Source: a virus
Lineage: Duplodnaviria > Caudoviricetes
Virus record (IMG/VR): IMGVR_UViG_2838948833_000001
Location: 1 to 64,000 of that record
Length of the DNA stretch: 64,000 nt
Direction: 5' to 3' (one strand)
The notes beneath the pieces are model-generated. The model searched no databases. It worked only from the letters and a program-made list of their open reading frames with translations, and was not told where the DNA came from. A program made the translations under genes and the position numbers. This document shows positions 39,042 through 48,436 of this stretch, piece by piece (positions within the stretch are counted from its first letter, which is position 1; every line of letters begins with the position of its first letter).

Positions 39042-42000
39042 AGTGCAATCATTTCGATTAAATAATCAGAAGTACTATTATCATTTCCTATTGTTCTAAT
39101 TCTTACCTCATATTCTACTCCATTGGATAAATCAGGAATATTGTAAGTTTGTTCAGTGTTATCAACAAATGGAATAAATATACCCTCGCTCCATTGTGTT
39201 TCTTTGGAGCTTTTATATGATATCTCATTACCCTTTACAATATAATTATCTTGCTCATTTTTGAATTTAACATCGATTGAGGACTTATCAGCCCCATGAG
39301 CTAATTCGAAATAAGAAGGCGGCAATACTTTTTCATAATCTGGATTATAACTACCATAATTATAGACAACATAAATATTCCCTTCAGATGTAAAATCAAA
39401 TGAACCTTCAATCTCCTTTCCGTTTGTAGTTTTTAATGGAACAACCTGGCTAATAATTTTAGGTAAATCTGATTCTGTATAGTTTTCATCTGATATTACA
39501 TAACCAATAGATAAATCAGCTATATCGCTCTCACTGTAACTTCTCAATGTTATAGTATCCAATTTCTTAGGGAATTTGCCTTCTCCTTGGATTCCTGTTT
39601 CTTCTGAAAACTGGTTTACGTTATTATCTTCAATAAGTAATTGATCAAAGAATTCTGGTCCACTATTTATAGAAATACTTTGATTCACATTCAGCCCATA
39701 TACCATATCATTTGAAACAGTAATAAATGTAATTCGTTGTTCAATTCCTTCTGGAGCAAATGAACGAATAGAATATGTCGCGGTTGCTGTTGTGGGCACT
39801 ACTGTTGTTTGTATTGCTGCAGTTTCAGTTTCATCAACATTAATAACAAGTTGCCCAACACCAGTTACATTAGATTCTACATATTCACGACCAGCGTAAG
39901 TTGCTGAAACAGTAGCTCTACCTTCTGTGATATTGTATTCAAAAATAGTTTGACCAACTCGTCTAGGTAAGGCTAATTCAAAAACAAATTCATCGCTCAC
40001 TTGATATCTTGCCAATTCAGAACCACTGACTATTTGAGAGATATAATTTGGTGGATCTCCAATAGTCAAATTATATAGCTTGGTATAAGGATCATACCCA
40101 CCTATTATTTTTGCTGCTTGCTTATTGGTGAGATTATCCCTAAACCATCCTTCCAAACCATAAGTAATCGGGCTAATTCCATTAGTAGATAAACGTAGCG
40201 TTTGTCCTCGTTTAGCATCAACCCAATAACATCGATTTCCTTCCTTTTCAAATGATTCAGGATGCGACATTCCATATTCTCCTGAATAAGGGACTGATTC
40301 GCCCAATACATAAGGCACTTTGGCTACATTAGAAGTACCATCAGCATTATACATCACATCTTTTCCATACATCACTTGAGAAACTTTATCTGTTTGGTAA
40401 ACAAGCAAATTACCTTCTCGCGCGACTATTTTTTGAATCGCTCCATTTCCTTTATCTAGTTCTTTCCAGTTGATCAAAGTTTGATTAAAAGAACTAATTC
40501 CATTAAACCCTGTAGACTCTACAAATGCTTCTGAATAAGTCAAATCTGAATACCTTGTAACTTCTGAATAATCTTCTTCACTTGTTGAAGTAGGTTGCAA
40601 ATCAATATTCAAAGCATTCGCATTAAACTTATCTTTAATCTGATATGATTCAAGTCCATTTCCAAAGGCAAAACAGTTGAAAAAATCTAGTTCAATTTTA
40701 GCAGAAGAAACAGAAGTTTGATTAGAGATATTTCCTTGATGTAACCCATTAATAATATCAAATGATTGAGAGCTTTTATAAAAAATACCTGTATCTAAAT
40801 TTTTCTTTTCTTCCGTTTCAAATATGTAGTATCCAGTATTCGTTCTGACAACCATTTTAGCATCAAGATATCCTCTTCTTCCACCAGAGGAAGCACTATG
40901 AGTTCCGTCAATGTAGAGTCCGTCTTTACCACCAACATTAACTTTTCTTACTTTCCCTCTATAATTTTGGGAATCATTTCCTATATTTCCCCATAGATCT
41001 TTACCATCAATATATTCTTCATACCATTTTTGAAGGTTATAATTCTCTTTATTGATTAACCATTCCTTTTCAAATGTATTTTCTTGCCATCCTGCATCTA
41101 AATGATTTCTAGAATACATCCATAAATAAACACTTGAACCCTCAGATAATTCTAGCCCTACCCAATTACTTTCTATTGGCAAAACTAAAGTTACATCAGG
41201 AAAATGCCCTCTACTCTTCCTAGTGTCGCTTTTAGAATCTTGGTATATTTTGTAATTATTCTCATTCATTACAAATCCATCTGCTTTTATTCGGATATAG
41301 GTACCTGCTTCTTCTATAATATCATTCCCGCTAGCATCTTTATTCCCTTGAATGAAATCTTTAGGTTGAGATTTCTTCTCAAGTACAGGAATAGTTATAA
41401 TTTTTGTTGCTTCTGCGTATGTATCTTTCTTCAGTATAAGAATATCTCCATCTTTTACTTTGTCTTTAGAACTCCCTTCTAATTTGCACCATACAAAATC
41501 ATCTTCAACATAAAACCTACTCACGATTATGTTTGAATAGTTAAGAGGAATTGACTTTACTGCAAATCGATAAGAAGTAGCCCAATAAGGTGCTTTGTTT
41601 TTAACTTCAATATTCAGTTTATTTATTGATGCTGATTTACTAGGGTCAATATAAATTGAATTCTCTACAGTAGTTAAGGCTGTAGAACACCTACCAAATT
41701 CATCAGAATAAACAATTGCAGCTTCATAATCTCTGTTTGACTTTAAAGACTGTCCTTTTCCAGCCTCAACAACTGAAAAATAGGCTTCCTCAGAAAACTT
41801 AGTTGACAATCTACCTTGTCCTGGACCTTGTGCAATCCATCCATGACTAATATTTAGCAACAAATTATTGCCTAAAAATTGAAAACTTACCTTTGGGTAC
41901 TCAGATATAGTATCGGTTGAACTTAGTTTCCAATTTTCAATATTGGATTCTATATAGTAGTTAATACTATCAACAAACTCAGAGAATGCACTATCATTAT

Positions 42001-43303
42001 ATATTTCATAAAGACTAGAGAAGTCTTTATATAATGTAAATAAAAATGTTTCCGAAACTAAGGTAGCCCCATAGTTTGGGTTCCCTTCAGAATAGTAATC
42101 ATTTAAAACATCTATAAAGATTTTCAATCCGTACCCTTTTTTATACAGATTCAAGCTATTATTTAATTTCAATTGCTGGGTTCCTGAATTAACAGAGATT
42201 ATTAATGTTTTATCGATTTCAACAGAATTGCTACTTAATCTAAAATCAATATTGATATCTTTTCCCTGGTTATCTTTCACATTGTAGCCTTCTGTGTAAT
42301 TACCTAATACAACTCGATTCCCTATAATATCTAAGGCTTTTGCTTTTCTTGGCACATTATCATATTGCTTAAAAAAATCTTTTTCGGGAAGAACTTTGTA
42401 CAATTTATTGTTTGAATAGCTCAAGCTTTTCTCTTGATTGTTTCCGATGCTTTCTTTTTTCTTGTTGAAAGTTTCAACGATATAAACATTATTAGAGTTT
42501 GATTCTTTAGCGAGTACCTGAATTTCTTTTACTCGGTGGTCACCTGTATTAAAGAAAATCTTTATAGAATTGAACTTATTGATCATACTCAAATTATCTT
42601 GAGTAGAAAAATCAATTTCCAAATCTCTCGGCTCAAACGCACATTCTGTAAATGGAGCCATTGCTGAAAATTCGCCATCAAGATATTTATAACGATAAGA
42701 AAACGATATAAATTTTTCCTCTATGTTATTAGAAGACAATCTATCAAATGTCTTTTGTATTCTTGGTGCTTTAGTTGGCGGTTTCTTGATTAAATAGATA
42801 TCTTCTTTCTGAAATGCATTGTAAAAAAAGGATTTTACACGTTCAATATTAATACAGCAAACCTCCATATTATTGTCAGTCCAAAGTAACATATCCTTAG
42901 ATGTGTCTTCTGAAATAATTTTTCCAATTCCAGTGATGTATGTATTTCTTTTAAATTTTAAGACTCTTGTATTACTTGAGCGCTCATCAGTCAATAATCT
43001 TGTTAATGTCTTAGAATTGAAATTGTATTCCAGAACATAACACCCTCTATTAGAAATTACCCACCAATAAAGTTTATTCTTTGATTCATCAGAATAACAA
43101 CCTACTGTTTCCACATTACTTCCTAAATCTAGGAAAGTGAGTTGCTTATTGGACAAACACTTTTCAATAGCTCCAACATCACTGCCTTCTGATGTATTAA
43201 TGACAATATTTTCAGCATGTCGAAAATACCCATCATCTAAAAGACGCTCGTCCACGTCTTTATTCATGACTCCTTTTACAAATGTTCTTCTGATATTTGG
43301 CAT
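39038..43303 (-). CDS. Tail stabilisation/muzzle protein (P22 gp10/crAss-like) with a C-terminal FN3-like extension
   Basis: FVKGVMNKDVDERLL, FSYRYKYLDGEFS, GNRVVLGNY, GNGLES, GGYDP; LSNGVEYEVRIRT. Confidence 0.8.
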   Translation of the reverse strand: MPNIRRTFVKGVMNKDVDERLLDDGYFRHAENIVINTSEGSDVGAIEKCLSNKQLTFLDLGSNVETVGCYSDESKNKLYWWVISNRGCYVLEYNFNSKTLTRLLTDERSSNTRVLKFKRNTYITGIGKIISEDTSKDMLLWTDNNMEVCCINIERVKSFFYNAFQKEDIYLIKKPPTKAPRIQKTFDRLSSNNIEEKFISFSYRYKYLDGEFSAMAPFTECAFEPRDLEIDFSTQDNLSMINKFNSIKIFFNTGDHRVKEIQVLAKESNSNNVYIVETFNKKKESIGNNQEKSLSYSNNKLYKVLPEKDFFKQYDNVPRKAKALDIIGNRVVLGNYTEGYNVKDNQGKDINIDFRLSSNSVEIDKTLIISVNSGTQQLKLNNSLNLYKKGYGLKIFIDVLNDYYSEGNPNYGATLVSETFLFTLYKDFSSLYEIYNDSAFSEFVDSINYYIESNIENWKLSSTDTISEYPKVSFQFLGNNLLLNISHGWIAQGPGQGRLSTKFSEEAYFSVVEAGKGQSLKSNRDYEAAIVYSDEFGRCSTALTTVENSIYIDPSKSASINKLNIEVKNKAPYWATSYRFAVKSIPLNYSNIIVSRFYVEDDFVWCKLEGSSKDKVKDGDILILKKDTYAEATKIITIPVLEKKSQPKDFIQGNKDASGNDIIEEAGTYIRIKADGFVMNENNYKIYQDSKSDTRKSRGHFPDVTLVLPIESNWVGLELSEGSSVYLWMYSRNHLDAGWQENTFEKEWLINKENYNLQKWYEEYIDGKDLWGNIGNDSQNYRGKVRKVNVGGKDGLYIDGTHSASSGGRRGYLDAKMVVRTNTGYYIFETEEKKNLDTGIFYKSSQSFDIINGLHQGNISNQTSVSSAKIELDFFNCFAFGNGLESYQIKDKFNANALNIDLQPTSTSEEDYSEVTRYSDLTYSEAFVESTGFNGISSFNQTLINWKELDKGNGAIQKIVAREGNLLVYQTDKVSQVMYGKDVMYNADGTSNVAKVPYVLGESVPYSGEYGMSHPESFEKEGNRCYWVDAKRGQTLRLSTNGISPITYGLEGWFRDNLTNKQAAKIIGGYDPYTKLYNLTIGDPPNYISQIVSGSELARYQVSDEFVFELALPRRVGQTIFEYNITEGRATVSATYAGREYVESNVTGVGQLVINVDETETAAIQTTVVPTTATATYSIRSFAPEGIEQRITFITVSNDMVYGLNVNQSISINSGPEFFDQLLIEDNNVNQFSEETGIQGEGKFPKKLDTITLRSYSESDIADLSIGYVISDENYTESDLPKIISQVVPLKTTNGKEIEGSFDFTSEGNIYVVYNYGSYNPDYEKVLPPSYFELAHGADKSSIDVKFKNEQDNYIVKGNEISYKSSKETQWSEGIFIPFVDNTEQTYNIPDLSNGVEYEVRIRTIGNDNSTSDYLIEMIAL

Positions 43304-43305
43304 AA

Positions 43306-44133
43306 TTAAAAGTGTCTGATTATTTCATATAGTTTAAGATTCAATCGATCTAGTTTGGCTTCGTGTAGTGTTGTTTTATATCGAAGCAAAGCACGTTGTT
43401 TTTCATTGGCAGGCACATTTCTTCTACGTTCAATACATGCATAATAAATCCAATTCTCAAGTGTTTGTTGTAAGTCCTTATGAACGGTCACTTCTTCCTC
43501 GCTTAGTTCTGCTTGTAATCCATCTGATATATACTCAATAACAACTTCCTTGTCCATTAGGTCAGAAGAAAAAAGAATAACTCCTTTTCGCTCATCGATT
43601 ACAAACTCGCCGTATTTTGAAACCTTACTTGTGTCTAGGAATTTACCTTGGCCACAACTACCCAAATCAGAAACTTTGTATCGTTTATATGGATGTGCAA
43701 AAGCATTGGAAGAATCAGAAGTAAGAATCATTCCTTTATTATCAAACAGCAGGTCTCCTTTGTGGTCCTGCAAATATCCAATTGCTGTATTTATGTTTCG
43801 ATTCTCATTTAGTGGTTGAAGCATAAAACCATTAGTAATTGGATCGCGTGTAACCAATGATATACGAACCCAATTCACATAATCTTTTGGCACCACAACA
43901 ACCAAGTTATCCGGAACTGTGATTTCAAAGGCAAGGATATCGTTAGCAGCTTCTTGAGTAAGCTCCCTAATTCCTTGTTTGGCATATTGAAGCAAACGGA
44001 AACGAGCCGTATTCTTCAAATAACTATCATCATCCAACGACTCCAAGACCATATTGTCAATAATAGTTTTCAAGGAAACATATTGGTATGCTCCATGTGC
44101 TTCCTTATTTTCGATATATTCTAAATCAGTCAT
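43306..44133 (-). CDS. Tail tubular/ring protein
   Basis: PKDYVNWVRIS and VVIEYISDGL motifs. Confidence 0.7.
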   Translation of the reverse strand: MTDLEYIENKEAHGAYQYVSLKTIIDNMVLESLDDDSYLKNTARFRLLQYAKQGIRELTQEAANDILAFEITVPDNLVVVVPKDYVNWVRISLVTRDPITNGFMLQPLNENRNINTAIGYLQDHKGDLLFDNKGMILTSDSSNAFAHPYKRYKVSDLGSCGQGKFLDTSKVSKYGEFVIDERKGVILFSSDLMDKEVVIEYISDGLQAELSEEEVTVHKDLQQTLENWIYYACIERRRNVPANEKQRALLRYKTTLHEAKLDRLNLKLYEIIRHF

Positions 44134-44822
44134 TAGCTTTGAATTTCTTGGTTAAACTCAATGTTTTGTTGTTGCGTCATTACTTGCTGTAAATCTTGCT
44201 CCTTAAGATTAATTCCAACCTTCTGAAGTGTTTTAATAATGACATTTGATACTTCGCTAGGATGAATATCCAACTCTTGAAAATCGGCAGCATCTGGATT
44301 GAATATTTCAGCTCCATTCACAACATAGAAAGTCCAATTTGGAATTTTCGGTTTTCGTAGATAAGTAATCTCTGCTTTATCATATCCGATAGGGTATAAA
44401 ACAATACTGTTTACACTGTTTTTATATCCTATCGGATATGATGTGTTTGCAAGTCTTTTAACTACTTGGAACTCTTTTGCGTTTTTAACCATCTCAACTT
44501 CGCATTGATTTACGAAAACACTATCCAAGTATCTTAAATCACTAGGTAGATTGAATTTATCGTCAGAAACAATTACCTCTTTTGATTCAATGTAATAATT
44601 GATTTTATCCCGAATCAAATCAGGAATATTCTCCAATCCATTTCCAATCAACCCTTTGTTTTGGCGATTGACCATTCGGTTTAATTCATAGAAGTAGGAT
44701 TCGTATATTTCTTCAATGGTTGTATTAATCAGCAAGCGCGCATCCGTAGGCTTCACGTTTCCTCGAATATCTGAGTTTGCAATTGTTAATACAGTTCGGT
44801 AAACTAAATCGATTAAATACAT
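44133..44822 (-). CDS. Head-tail adaptor/ring protein
   Basis: IDLVYRTVLTIAN, YLRKPKIPNW, ELDIHPSE; start moved to ATG 44822, downstream of the terminator. Confidence 0.7.
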   Translation of the reverse strand: MYLIDLVYRTVLTIANSDIRGNVKPTDARLLINTTIEEIYESYFYELNRMVNRQNKGLIGNGLENIPDLIRDKINYYIESKEVIVSDDKFNLPSDLRYLDSVFVNQCEVEMVKNAKEFQVVKRLANTSYPIGYKNSVNSIVLYPIGYDKAEITYLRKPKIPNWTFYVVNGAEIFNPDAADFQELDIHPSEVSNVIIKTLQKVGINLKEQDLQQVMTQQQNIEFNQEIQS

Positions 44823-44836
44823 AGTGATTTGAGTTA

Positions 44837-44861
44837 AAAAAAGCACCCTTTCGAGTGCTTT
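44837..44861 (-). terminator. Terminator after the capsid block
   Basis: Minus strand AAAGCACTC-GAAA-GGGTGCTTTTTT. Confidence 0.75.
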
Positions 44862-44864
44862 AGA

Positions 44865-45893
44865 TTATTCTTTAAGTTTTTTCAAGATCCACTCTAAATC
44901 TCCTTTCACAGTAGGTCCAGGTTCTTTATTAAACTTTTCAATGTACTTCGCGGTAGCTTCTTCCAAAGTCATTTCTACCTTTGCATCTTTATTAGAATCA
45001 ACAACAGGAGGATTTAATTCATGAACACTACCTTTATTAGCAGCTTCTAAAGCGGCTCTTAGTTCAGCAATTTCATCATCCTTTGCTTTAAGTTCTTTTT
45101 CAGAAATGGTATTGGTTGGAGCAGATGCAGTTTGAGTTTTTGGTTCATCACCAATTCCAAGTTTTTGAGCAATGGTTTGCATAGTAATTAAAGCTTGGTC
45201 ACTTCCGTTATTCAAGAAGTTTCCTAGTTTAATATTACCCGTTTCTCCAGCTGCTAATGTTAGAATTGATTGTTCTGTATCTCCCCATACAACCATAGTA
45301 TGCCCCATATTGTTTTTAACAATACCTTGGATATACGCTTGTGCAGAAATGAATTGACTTTCATAATCAACCCCTGATAACTTGCCAATAATAAACTCAG
45401 GTTTTTCAAAAGCTAACTGCTTCAATTTTGCTTCAGCAACTTTAACTTCAAAATGCAAAGCTTGAATGCCGAAAACAACCATTGCTTTTGATCTTGTTTC
45501 TAAATCACTAACGTGCTTAACAAGATCGATTGCTTTCTCTTTTAATTCGTAGCCTTTAAGTAATTTTTCGCTTTCAATGGTTTCGCTAGTAATTTCGTAT
45601 TTTCTGCCAAACCAAGGGTGAGCCTTCAAGTACATTAATAGATTCGTGTTGCTATCATCAACAGTTAATTCTGTTTTGTTAGTAGCCGAATTAAATTCAA
45701 ACAAGGGAATTTCAGAAGGCTTAATGTCTTTATTCTTTCCTTCTACATCTTCTTTGTAAATTGAATTTTCACCAGGATAGTAATTGATAAACTTCTTTCC
45801 TGAACCAGGCTTATCAGCCATGATATTTATATAAGGTAAATCCCATGTTTGGGGTGTTCTACCTGTTGTAAGTACAAATACTATTTTTGCCAT
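44865..45893 (-). CDS. Conserved virion-module protein downstream of the capsid gene
   Basis: INYYPGENSIY...YLKAHP motif; position. Confidence 0.6.
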   Translation of the reverse strand: MAKIVFVLTTGRTPQTWDLPYINIMADKPGSGKKFINYYPGENSIYKEDVEGKNKDIKPSEIPLFEFNSATNKTELTVDDSNTNLLMYLKAHPWFGRKYEITSETIESEKLLKGYELKEKAIDLVKHVSDLETRSKAMVVFGIQALHFEVKVAEAKLKQLAFEKPEFIIGKLSGVDYESQFISAQAYIQGIVKNNMGHTMVVWGDTEQSILTLAAGETGNIKLGNFLNNGSDQALITMQTIAQKLGIGDEPKTQTASAPTNTISEKELKAKDDEIAELRAALEAANKGSVHELNPPVVDSNKDAKVEMTLEEATAKYIEKFNKEPGPTVKGDLEWILKKLKE

Positions 45894-45909
45894 TTTATTT
45901 AGGGTAAAA

Positions 45910-45938
45910 TAAGGCAGTAGAATAAACCACTGCCTTTA
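45910..45938 (-). terminator. Hairpin/terminator after the major capsid gene
   Basis: TAAGGCAGT...ACTGCCTT inverted repeat. Confidence 0.6.
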
Positions 45939-45944
45939 TTAATA

Positions 45945-47294
45945 TTAAGGATAAATCTCTTCGTTTCTTCCTACAAAGAAATTGTTTGCTCCAACAACTC
46001 GATTGGTAAATTCAGTAATCAATTCAACAGAAGAAGCATCTGGCTTAGCTTGAGTTCCAAAAACTCCCCAGCCTTTAGTCTTTCTTCTTCTATTCTCCAT
46101 GCCATTAACTCTATATAAGATATCTAAGTACGGCACAGATTCAGTAGTTCCTCCTTGATTAGTTGCAAATGTATTTCCAGAAGGAACACCCACAAACGCT
46201 ACTGTTTGAGTTAATGGTTTAGCTGTAGGATCATCTAACAATGCCCAAGCACAGAAGTGAAATGTTACACCATCAATATGAATAGTTGTAAAGTCTAAAT
46301 ACAACGCCATATCTTTAGAGTTAGCAAAAGAACCATAGTTTGCCCCGTTTACAAACGCAGCATTCAATCCAGCAGCTAATTTTCTGATATATTTTAATTG
46401 ATCGTGAGAACACCAAAAAGTAAATTCTCTACAAATACCTTGAACTTTAGCACGTTTTGCTAAGTTGGATAAATCATCATCCGAAGTAATGAAGTTGTTA
46501 GAAACATTTCCTCTATCTTCAATAGTAGGAACAACCCCATTCATACCCTGAGCGAAACCACCTTGAGCAGATTCAGAGTTATCTAAGGATCTTTTGTTGA
46601 AGATAGCTGTCAACTCTTCTTTATTACCAAATAAAGTATTAAATCGCTCCATTTCAGCGTGCATCCAAATAGGTCCATTTGGTGTTTGAACCCAAGTAGC
46701 ATGTGCTAAGTCTGAATCAGCAATCTCATAGTAATCTTTAATGATATGAGAATAGTTTTGGTAAAACTTAGGAGCCCATTTTTTTCCTTGTTCAAAACCT
46801 TTATCTCCCTTTAAGAATCGGCTTGAAAAGTCACAAAGAATGCTTACGGGATCAGTTGGCAATGCTCCTGCACCATCATTCAAAAGTTTACATACTTTAG
46901 GAGAAATGACTTCAGAAACAGTCGCTTGATATTCTTTATCTCCATCTTGGAATCGAACAACATCATTTACACGCAATTGGTGGTCTTTAGGGAAAGTAGC
47001 AACTCCACTTGCGATAGTAACCCCATCAATTGTGTTCATTAATCGACTCATTTCTCCATGCTGAACAAGGTCAGAAGCGTATGTTTTGTGAGTCCCTCCT
47101 GCGACAGCACGTAAGAAGCCTGTAATGTTTCCTTTTCCATTTGCAAAGTTTAATTCCTTCAATAAATCAGGTTGATAAACAGTTGCATAATCATACTTGG
47201 TCATAAAGTTTTCAGGTAACTTTCTCCAAGATGCATCTGGCTCAGTAATAACTGCTAAGCCACTTAAATTGGTATCTTTTAATTCAAAAGCCAT
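45945..47294 (-). CDS. Major capsid protein
   Basis: 449 aa after portal and scaffold; GMNGVVPTIEDRGN, ANYGSFANSKDMALYLDF, VGANNF. Confidence 0.82.
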   Translation of the reverse strand: MAFELKDTNLSGLAVITEPDASWRKLPENFMTKYDYATVYQPDLLKELNFANGKGNITGFLRAVAGGTHKTYASDLVQHGEMSRLMNTIDGVTIASGVATFPKDHQLRVNDVVRFQDGDKEYQATVSEVISPKVCKLLNDGAGALPTDPVSILCDFSSRFLKGDKGFEQGKKWAPKFYQNYSHIIKDYYEIADSDLAHATWVQTPNGPIWMHAEMERFNTLFGNKEELTAIFNKRSLDNSESAQGGFAQGMNGVVPTIEDRGNVSNNFITSDDDLSNLAKRAKVQGICREFTFWCSHDQLKYIRKLAAGLNAAFVNGANYGSFANSKDMALYLDFTTIHIDGVTFHFCAWALLDDPTAKPLTQTVAFVGVPSGNTFATNQGGTTESVPYLDILYRVNGMENRRRKTKGWGVFGTQAKPDASSVELITEFTNRVVGANNFFVGRNEEIYP

Positions 47295-47305
47295 TTTATA
47301 ATAAA

Positions 47306-48337
47306 TTAAATTTCATTAATTCCTACTATTTTAATTCCTGGCTTTTCTTGACTTGACAAATTATTTGATTGAGTTTGGTAGTTAACGTTACCACGTTGTT
47401 TCATTACTTCTTCGATTGCTTCAGCTCTTGCTTTGTGAACTAAAGAAGAAATTACTGTTTCTCTGTTTTTTGGATTTAACCAAAAAGCATCCTCAGCGAA
47501 CTGCTTATGATTAAAACCTTGTTCACTTTGGTAATTATCTTGAACATACTTCCCTAAATCAGAAACTATTGACACAGCACTGCTCCTGTCGTTATCTGAA
47601 TAGTTATAGTCATAGTTCAATTCTTTTTGCTCTCCGTTTTCATCAATCACAACTTTAAATGAAGTCGCTGTAACACTGTTCACAGCTTCTTGGACCATTT
47701 GGTTATGTTTGACTAAACTTTGTTGAGCAATTTCAAAATCAGACTTTTTCATAAATGTGCCGTTGGCCAATTGCACATAGTCATCTTGATTTGTATTTTG
47801 GTTCTGCGGAACTTCTGGTTTAGGTAATGGTTGTTTGAATTTGGCTTGTTCTTCTAAACGTGCATCTTTAATCGATTTGCCGTATTTGGCTAACTCAATT
47901 AAATCGTTTGTAGTCAAACTATCCATATCCTCGATACCTAGTTTACTTTGTAGATAATCGTTGATTTGGTCATTGTCCAACTTCATTCCTGTTTCTTTAA
48001 GAACTTGCGCTCTCGCAAATTCAATAGGTGAAACTTCATCTAAATTGGTGTGTAATTTTTCGTAATCAGAACGTGAACGACCTGTTTCTCTTGTATATTT
48101 ATAAAAAGCTTTATCTGCTTCACTCATTACATCTTCCCAAGGATTAACTTCTTTCGTTTCAATTACCTTTTCGGGTTCTTTAAACAAGTCCTCAATAGAA
48201 TTTACTTCTCGTCCTTTTTCCTTAAAGTAATTCAAAACAGTTGTTTCGTCAACTACATTGGTTGCTGTAGTTTCTTCTCCTGCTGGTGGTGTTCCATTTA
48301 CATCAGGTAAATCTTTTGTATTATTTTCTTCTTCCAT
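47306..48337 (-). CDS. Capsid scaffolding protein
   Basis: Acidic helical protein between portal and capsid; FYKYTRETGRS. Confidence 0.7.
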   Translation of the reverse strand: MEEENNTKDLPDVNGTPPAGEETTATNVVDETTVLNYFKEKGREVNSIEDLFKEPEKVIETKEVNPWEDVMSEADKAFYKYTRETGRSRSDYEKLHTNLDEVSPIEFARAQVLKETGMKLDNDQINDYLQSKLGIEDMDSLTTNDLIELAKYGKSIKDARLEEQAKFKQPLPKPEVPQNQNTNQDDYVQLANGTFMKKSDFEIAQQSLVKHNQMVQEAVNSVTATSFKVVIDENGEQKELNYDYNYSDNDRSSAVSIVSDLGKYVQDNYQSEQGFNHKQFAEDAFWLNPKNRETVISSLVHKARAEAIEEVMKQRGNVNYQTQSNNLSSQEKPGIKIVGINEI

Positions 48338-48349
48338 AGCAATTTTAAT

Positions 48350-48398
48350 AATAGATTTTTCCTATCGTTAGACTCAAAGATAATAAATAAAATCTATT
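48350..48398 (-). promoter_or_regulatory. Late promoter class A (scaffold/capsid)
   Basis: Same 27-bp block and same AATAGATTTT spacing as 37853-37901. Confidence 0.7.
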
Positions 48399-48436
48399 AT
48401 AAATGAAACTTTGATAAATTTTATTTATAGTGATTT

